DNA from: Parasitella parasitica NRRL 2501
Taxonomy: Eukaryota > Fungi > Mucoromycota
Length of the DNA: 64,000 bases
Assembly (NCBI GenBank): GCA_025201805.1
Contig: MU619351.1
Location: forward strand, 2,942-66,941
Direction of reading: 5' to 3'
The position numbers and the translations under genes were made by a program. Every line of letters starts with the position of its first letter. Position 1 is the stretch's first letter. Shown here in pieces: positions 55,883 through 64,000 of this stretch. The notes beneath the pieces are model-generated. The model saw only the letters and a list, made by a program, of their open reading frames with translations, was not told the origin of the DNA and did no database searches.

Positions 55883-55982
55883 CCAATCAGAAATAGAAAA
55901 TAACTCAATTAGAAATAAAATGCTGGCCAATCAGAAATCGAGTATTGCTCGCAATGGAACAAAATGTTGTCCAATCAAAAAT
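55883..55982 (+). repeat. Phased CCAATCAGAAAT-like motif array (~22 bp period)
   Basis: Copies at 55883, 55905, 55927 and 55971, with a weak one near 55951. Confidence 0.6.
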
Positions 55983-56328
55983 AAACTGTCGTGAGAAATC
56001 CAACTGATTCGTCAGTTGCATTAGTCTCAATTTCCTGAGCATACTTATTTCTAAAATAAGCAATGCTACTATTAGATCATTATAATTGATATTATTCAAG
56101 AATTTAATACCTATTGCTGATATGTTAAATCAGTTTTATGATCAAACAAAAAACCTTTTTTTTTTTTGACTGGTTGTTATTTTGATTCTGTATTATAACG
56201 ATAGTGACAACAAATAGAGAGGTTTAGTCAAATCAACTTGCAGGAAAATTCGATAATATCAACTCAAACACCACACATGTGAACGCCTTGCTTCATTTTT
56301 TTGTGCATTTTATCGAAATAAAACTGGT

Positions 56329-57612
56329 TTATTCTATCGGTGGACATAAAACACCTGTAAACGCTGACATTAATGCCCGTTGGTGGGCATATTTTGATGC
56401 ATAGCCTCCAGCCTTGGCTTGTTTATTGTTGTGTAAATATTCAGTACATCTAGTTGAAATTGGCAATTTAGTGAAAAAGTTATACAACACATAGACCACA
56501 CTTACGGATCAACATAGTTTTCACGGACAGTGTACCCGGAGGTATAATCATATTGTAATAACAATGGATCGAAATTTCTAGCTTCATTTTCTCTCATCTC
56601 CGCATCTGTATCCATGGCAGTTGTAATCCATGAAGGCATTGCAACTCTACTAGATTCTGGTAGTTGCTGTTGACGAAGTGCAGACGATCTTTTAAGCGCT
56701 GTCGCTTGCCTCGTCTGGATAACAGCCTGAGCAGATTTGTTCGTTGAAGCAAGCTCTGAAATAATATCTGATTTCTCTATTTCTTTTTGTTTTCTTTCCT
56801 CTTCCAATTGCTGTAGGTATTCTTCCCTCTTTTGCTCTCGTTCTTTTTTCTCCATTTCGTCTTGATAGTTTCTAAATCTTTGTTCGTTGACGTTTTTAGC
56901 TTGATTTGCAGCAATGCTGTCCTTATTTTCCATTTCATAGGCTGCAATCTTTGCTTCTGTTTCTGCCACATCCACTTCATTCATCAAATTGAATGCTACC
57001 AATTAAGTCTTAGGATAACAGAATGCAACAAGTCATTGTATGTACATACTTATATCCTCTACCATCTCTAAATAATCATTGTATGCTCGTAAACTTGGGA
57101 AATCCTCGCCTCTTTTATTAAACCTAGATAGATCCAATTTTAGTGCTGCGCCATGATACAAGTTCTTACATAACCTTACACTCGTGCAGCCCTCTTACGT
57201 ATGCGAACTTCTTTTTCGACTGCAAGGTCTTCAAAGATTTGCGACATAAATTGGTTCTTTCTTAGAACTTGCTGACATATAGGGCAAGGTGCAGGGCCTG
57301 CACTGAACAAGCGATCAATACAAGATTCGCACCTGTAAACATGTCAATAACTAATCAAATGTCAAATGAAATTGAAAGCAAGCTTACATTTTATGAAAGC
57401 AGGGCGACACGAGAAGCTTGAGGTTTGGTGTAAGATATTTATCACTTTTGCATACTGGACATTGAGCATCTTCTTCCTGTTACATTGATTATGTCAACAT
57501 AATAAAGTTGTAAGCAGAGCAAAGATAAGCGGCAAGCTTTTACCTGGAATGAAACAACAGACGACCCTGTTTTTCCTATCATCAAGGTTTGATTTCTAAA
57601 AGTGCTTGTCAT
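56329..57612 (-). CDS. TFB3: CDK-activating kinase assembly factor MAT1 / TFIIH subunit Tfb3, multi-exon
   Basis: RING CPVCKSDKYLTPNLKLLVSPCFHKMCESCIDRLF..CPIC; QIFEDLAVEKEVRIRKR; YNDYLEMVED; terminal AGGY. Confidence 0.95.
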
Positions 57613-57773
57613 GGGTAGCTTTATTATCGAGAAAGAATTACTTTTTTGCATTTCAATTTCATGTCTCCAGAAAAGTGGGCCTCCGTGACGGTAGAATCAA
57701 AACATCTCCCATCACCACCAACTTGAAAATTCCTTCCTTCGTTTTCTACCCTTATTTGACATTATTGCACGGA

Positions 57774-58407
57774 ATGTCTATGCTTCACAACTTGAAAAAA
57801 ACTCAAAAGAATCATGTCTTTTTAGATGACGGGGCCGACATGGATGTTGATAATATGGATTTCCCTCTTCCAGATGAGCCTACTTCTTCATCATCACAAT
57901 CAAGAAAAGCTCCAGCAGGTAGTGCTCAAGGTATGCCTGATTTAAGTAGTATGATGGGTGCTATGGGTGGACTAGGCGGCATGGGCGGCATGGGTGGCAT
58001 GGGCGGAGGTATGCCTGATATGGCTCAACTACAACAAATGATGCAGAGTATGGGTGCGGGTGGGCTTGGTGCTCAACATCCTGGTGCATCGATGGCAGCA
58101 CCACCTACTAGACAATCTGTTGTAACTGTTGCATCTGGTCCCAATGGTGTTGCACGCGAAATGCGCCCAGAAGAATATAAAGAGTAAAGCATTTTTATGT
58201 GAATCGCAAAGTAAAATTATTAACGCATTTGTAGTTGGTTGTGTGTATATCCTTGTTACATTGACGCTGACAAATCGGTCCAAGAGGGTAGGAAGATTGC
58301 AAAGGAAAAGTCAGTAAAGAACCCTCATGCTTATCATATGGCAATTGCCTGTCAAAAATTGGGATTCTCTGTCGTATATGAGGTAAGTAGAGCATCANNN
58401 NNNNNNN

Positions 58408-58439
<32 letters not shown>

Positions 58440-58784
58440 AATTTAAATTAGGGCAAACGCCATCCCCGTGATTGGGCAAACGTTGGTCGTGTTCGTGTTC
58501 AAATCAAAAACAATAACTTTTTCATTAACCAAGAAATCACTTCTCGAAAAGAGCTATTTGTTGCAATTGCGAAACTATTGCCTCAATGCCAAAAGGAAGG
58601 AGAAGTTCCCAACTCCATTGTGGCTCCTACCACTACTTTGGCTGAAATTGAAGCCCTTGCTGATGAACAGCGAAAAGCTCAAGGCCTTCCTACAATGGCG
58701 GAAATGCAGGCTCAGCAAACTGCTCAACAACCTCAAATTCCTTCTAAACCTAGAAAGCAAAAAGTCAAGTATGTTCGTGGTTAA
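57774..58784 (+). CDS. SEC65: Signal recognition particle subunit Sec65/SRP19, 3 exons
   Basis: DVDNMDFPLP; W.CVYPCYIDADKSVQEGRKI; KRHPRDWANVGRVRV. Confidence 0.92.
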
Positions 58785-59018
58785 AATACCCTACATTTGT
58801 ACTGTGCGCAAGCGCTATTTGATTCTTTTCGGAGGAAGAGAGTTGTACAGCATTAAACACTAAAAGTGAATAATAAATCAGATTTTATACATAATACCAG
58901 TAAACCATTTTGTATTGCGAGATGTAATATTTTTAAAGCCGATGTTGTGCTGTTGCTGTGTCAAAATAAAAATGACATGTCCGCATCCCGTTTGGTCTGT
59001 TTTGTTGCTTTTTTGACA

Positions 59019-59020
<2 letters not shown>

Positions 59021-59088
<68 letters not shown>
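59021..59088. repeat. (TAT)n microsatellite
   Basis: Perfect trinucleotide run. Confidence 0.95.
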
Positions 59089-59092
<4 letters not shown>

Positions 59093-59129
59093 AGGACGAT
59101 TGTTGATATATTCTATAATACATCGTTGT

Positions 59130-59860
59130 AATATCGTCGTGTGTATCTATTATAGCCTTTTAAATATAAAAATGTTCCATGTAATATGAATGTCTGCAAA
59201 TTTTGCGATAAAATGAATAATTAAGAACGCAGCAACGTGTATTTTAGACTTGTTGCTGACTGATCCAGACGCAATTAGGGTTGTAAGACACATACTTTTA
59301 TTAAGATCTGAGTGGTACGTATGTTATATAAAAATATCCGCAGAAAACAATAATTTTCATCAAAAATTGCATATGAATGCTTGAAGGTTTTGATAAACAA
59401 TAAAGCTAGGCAAGTTCAGAGTTAGCTGATACAGGCACGGTCAGGGCTATATCATGTATACCCATTTTCACTAGGCGACGTGCATATCAAAAGTTATACT
59501 TTAATTTTCATAAATAATAGACATTTGGTCATAACTTCTGCCAAATGAACCGTAGAATCAAGATCAAGCCAGAAAAACACAAGATTGACTCAGTGCTATC
59601 TGATACAACCATCTATTTGACGTAATAAATGTGTATATATAAAAGTATCCCCAGAAATCAACGACTTTTATGAAAAGTTGCAGCAGCTAGCAGATGGAAG
59701 TATACCTTTATCCTGTTTTGATACTTTTAATGATAATCATGTATAGAAAAAAGTTGAAACTGGTGATGACATCTAAGTTTTATTATTTAATATGAAATAT
59801 AATGATCAATGATCCAATACTATTGCTCTATCTACGCAAGTCAGGGCAAGCTATCAGCTT
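59130..59860. repeat. Degenerate tandem array with ~155-160 bp unit
   Basis: Recurring TATAAAA(A/G)T.TCC-like core near 59165, 59327, 59486 and 59638. The 59325-59370 and 59636-59681 segments align closely. Confidence 0.5.
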
Positions 59861-60248
59861 TCCAAGTTATTATGTAGTATCATCTCCAATGCCCGAGAAA
59901 GGGCAAAATCAACCTAAGAAAGCCAACCTTTATGTTTTTGTTAAAAACAATTGAAACTGGAAATTTTGAATTAAGAATATTACTTTTCATCTTCATTTGT
60001 GGTTCAATTTTTCAGGGCCAAAGACGGAAGTAGTATTTTAGGTTACTCTAGATGGTATGCCTCTGATGCCACAACTGCCACCGCCGCTTGTCAAACACAG
60101 AAGCATAGTGAAAATGATAGTTTTTCTTTGGTTTGTCGATGTATTTCTTAATGGTTAAACAACCCAAAGGGATCCTGAAAGCAGTGGGGGGGGAATTTTT
60201 TTTTTCTTTTTTGAATTCGGATGAACATTCCTTTTTATTTCGTTTGAT

Positions 60249-61097
60249 TTATACAGCTCTCTTGACCTCGAAAAAGCGTTTAAGATAATACACTTGCCAA
60301 AGGCAAACTGAAATCAACAGACCCAATTGAGCCATAGACCACCATTTGACACGCGCATTGGTGCTTTCAGCAGCTGTTGAATAATACTTAACTTTTTTGA
60401 AGACAAAGGCTGACGCTGTAATACACTTACTATCTCTGTGTTGACGTTCTCTAACGACAATGTATTCCTGTTGAGCTTTGACTGCAAAGATACTCTCTGC
60501 CAACTCAGCAATTTCCTTTTCAAGGGGGTAGGTATGTTCTACATGCAATCTGTTAAATTCATGGCGGGTAGGCTCCATATATCTTGAGATGTACCTTTGA
60601 TGCTATCGTGGATCTTTTGAATGTTTTCATGGACGTTGAATCCAACTTTTTTTTCGCTCACAGTGGAAAATTCATTGCTAAAACAATAGGTATATCTGCC
60701 TTCAATGTTAGCTTGAAGTGAGTGGGAGTTGGAAGAAATTTTGGTAGTTGAAATAACGATTGCATCTGTTGGATCTTTAAACTATAAAACAATCATAGAA
60801 AATCAGAAAAAAAAAAAACGGGTTGTTGTTTCTCTTTGTAGTAACACACCAGAAAGTCAATGTCGTGATTACCTCCATCACCAACCTAAATAATTTTACA
60901 ATAATAATTCGTTCAAGTTGTGTATACAAAAAAGCCTATACTCTACTTCATACCTGATAAGACACGGTGATTTTTTCTCCTACTTCAAGATCTTCGTGAT
61001 AGCATTGAACTTCCCCGGGCTTAATAATGACAGACATCGAGCAAACATGTTTTATAAACAATAGAAGTGTTGCAAGTCCAAATAAAAGTCGATTCAT
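60249..61097 (-). CDS. EMP24: p24/Emp24 (GOLD domain) cargo receptor, multi-exon
   Basis: Signal peptide; QCYHEDL; GRYTYCFSNEFST; QQEYIVVRERQHRDTAESTNARVKWWS; YYLKRFFEVKRAV. Confidence 0.93.
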
Positions 61098-64000
61098 TCC
61101 TAGAAAGTTTTGCAAAACGGAAAGGGGAAGATAAAACGATTCGAGAAGGTATTGGTTGAAATAACGCAAATTATCGGTTATTGAATAGTAAATGATGATG
61201 AAGGTAAAAGAAGAACGATGAACATGAAGAGAGCCTCTCTTCATCGACTGTTACCAAACCTTCTTTCTTTTCCTCCCTTCTTCCTTTGCTATCCAAGTTG
61301 CTGTGTCAATCTTGATTTTAATGTACTTGTATTTTGTTGAGCACCGCTTGATTCAGCCTTACATTCCATCTCTACGACAACAAAAACGAGGCGAATCAGT
61401 TTTACTCAAGTAATTTTTAAATGATAGCTCAAGAAGTTTCTTATAGTATACAACATCACGGCTACAAATGATATCTGAATTGCCGCTTGAATACCCTTAT
61501 AAGTAAAGATGATCAAACTATTGAAAATAGATGAATATCCCAATATGGCAGTGAAATATTGTATATTTCGGCTTGATTAAAATGATGGCTTTCGATGAGC
61601 TCACCTTGTGATATCCATAAATATATCAAGTATGCCGGTGGCTTGCAGAAAAGAGTTTTTATTCATCATTAAATAGTTGGCACTGAAATATGTGCAATAC
61701 TATTTACATTTTATGTTGAGATGATGCTACATTTAGGAGCTTTTAGAATTGACATTGCCAGTTTCAAAACCTTTTTTAGCCATTGCAACCTTTTCATTTT
61801 TCTATTCAAAATTTAGATATGATCCCATTTGGTAAATCAAATTATAATACTGACCATTAGCTTGTGCTTCTTTTGTTCTTCTTTCTTTTCATTCTTTGAC
61901 TTTGGGCGATTCTTATCGACCTTTTGAGTCATATCTTTGTTGGAGTTATTCTTCTTGGGCATTTTTAAAATAATTTTAAACAGAAAATGAGATATCTTGT
62001 CTTTTTTTTATGCTATTTGTGCTAAGCAATTCCCAGCAAAACTAACAAGGGTATTCAGCATGAATAGTTGATATTATTGGCAGTGTATAAATTGACACAT
62101 GAACAGGACACATTAGTGTTATATAGCAACAAACAAATGGATAATAAGAAAATACGCAATCTAGACTTTTACAAAATCTCTTACATTATGCACGATGAAT
62201 ATATATCTAAAAGTAGATAGGTATAACATCATGGTATCATACATTGTATAGAAAAATACGATATGAACGGAATCTTGTCAAATTTTGCAGACAGTCAATG
62301 TCTTGGTTCCAGCTACTTATGATTTTATCCACATTTACTAACTTACATTTATCTCGGGTAAGGTTAAGACATCCTTCGTTGAGTCGGTAGAGTTGATTTA
62401 GACGTTATTCAAGATGGTACTGACAACATTGTGATCAACACAAACGTAAGGTGTTCTTGAAAAAAGCAAAGTTGGCGAGGAAGCAAATCTTCAAATACAA
62501 GAAGCTCGAGACTGATATTAATGGTGTGTTTTATCTGAAGAAAACTTTAACATGGAAACTATAGGCACTTAAGTTCTTTAACTACAGTTAAGAGTTCTTT
62601 AGTTTGTAAGCTTGTAATTTGAGATTGCCAAGGGAGAAGATTCTTTTCATTCGGATAAAGGCAGTGCTCTATATTGTGCAAGAAAAAAACAACTTGACAG
62701 ATACAACGTATTATAGCACGACGTAGAAAGGTTTTGTTACAAGATTTTTTTCTAAATAAGGATAAATAATTTAATGGCAACATGACATGTCGAGAGAAAA
62801 GGGATCTAGATGCAAAGCATACATAAGCTGCATAATATTTAGTTAGGATTTCGCGTGGAAAGGGGATTTATAAGCGAGCGCGGACGAAGGAATTGTTGAT
62901 TTGCAATTGTTTAGATCTGCAAGCATTCTTAAATCTACAAGCGGGTCAATTATCTTCCGTTACGTATACTATAATAATTCAACTTGAGGGTTCAGTCTGT
63001 AACAAAGAAAATTGGAAGAAGTATGAACAAGAGGTTACACGATGCATATGCCTCGATGTATGGAACAGACAACACTCTATAAGGAAAACTATAGTGATCA
63101 TAATGTGATACTAATGTCTAGGCATCAGATATCATGAAACTGATAAGTGTTTCCTTGATTCAACTTCTAGACTTTATAAACAAATCAGGTAGAGTCTTGC
63201 TTGCATTTCTGTATAACCATTCCAACAATTATAAGCCAAAAGAGAGGGAAGAAATGTTTTTGTTACTAAAGATATAGCGTGGATAATGTTACACACACAC
63301 ACACACACACACTTCACGTATTGATGGAAAACCGCCATGTGCGAGAAGTGTATAATGAAAAGAGAAAATATCTGCACAAACGCTATTTTAGTGATGTCTA
63401 CCATTTTTGTGTCATCTTTTTTCCATTTAGACATGTCCCACAGTTGATGAATAATGAAATGTGATTTTCTTTCCGGCGGAAAGGAGCGAGCGAGATCAAA
63501 CATTACACACACACCGGTCTATCATTTATACAAATTTATACAATTCCAGACTCTTTTTTTTTTTTTATTCTACCAAGAAAAGCCGCTTGTTTCCAAGATC
63601 TAGAATCTTGGGTTACAACTTCCATGCCTGTTGACTCAATGTGAGAAATGCCATCACTGATATCAATCAGTTATATTTGTGATATTAAAATGAATGAAAT
63701 ACGAGATATTTTAGTAAACAAAAAGAGATAGCAACACATCGGATTTACTCTCGGTCTCACCGGGCCCATATTTTTCCATAAATCTAAAAGAGAAAGCTTC
63801 TTTCGGATCTATCTTTACCACCATGACTTTCCCTTAATTATCCGAACCGTCCGCAGTAAGTTTCGTTATGTTTTATTATTATTGATGCCATAATACCCGC
63901 CGATATTATGGTGTATAGAATTTAGAATATAATGAATGCATCTTACGTCAATTTCCACTCCTGATTTTTCGCAAAATCAAAGAAAAAGGTAGTGAATCAA

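Noticed and set aside
58866-59123. Poly-Tyr and poly-Ile ORFs
   Set aside because: Translations of the (TAT)n microsatellite.
63887-63910. Hairpin CCATAATA-CCCGCCGA-TATTATGG as a Helitron 3' end
   Set aside because: AT-rich stem with no CTRR terminus at the expected distance; could be chance.

Overview
Gene-dense, AT-rich eukaryotic genomic DNA with short GT-AG introns. Gene content and style point to an early-diverging fungus of the Mucorales (inference). I can support about 27 protein-coding genes. Most are housekeeping: Ap4A phosphorylase, class I heme peroxidase, mitoribosomal uS14m and mL50, CLF1, ALDH3 with PTS1, RPD3, Ran1/Sks1 kinase, SNRNP40, M13 peptidase, TBCB, complex I NI9M, TFB3/MAT1, SEC65/SRP19 and p24. 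There are also bHLH, homeobox and Rua1-like regulators. No tRNA, rRNA or CRISPR was seen. The most notable protein-level observations are (1) an HPS1-like (BLOC-3) longin protein in a fungus, (2) an Rpd3 with a long tail carrying two E[ED]GE[IV] ARS2-recruitment-like motifs, and (3) a catalytically dead Rbd2-type rhomboid that keeps its Cdc48-binding SHP box. Notable non-genic features are a 1.8 kb segment bracketed by ~110 bp inverted repeats, a decayed non-LTR ORF1-like relic next to an FMN reductase, a cryptic ~155-160 bp tandem array, and a 22-bp-phased CCAAT array. Two WWE-like proteins and three microexons were also found. All family calls come from motif recognition by eye; no searches were run.
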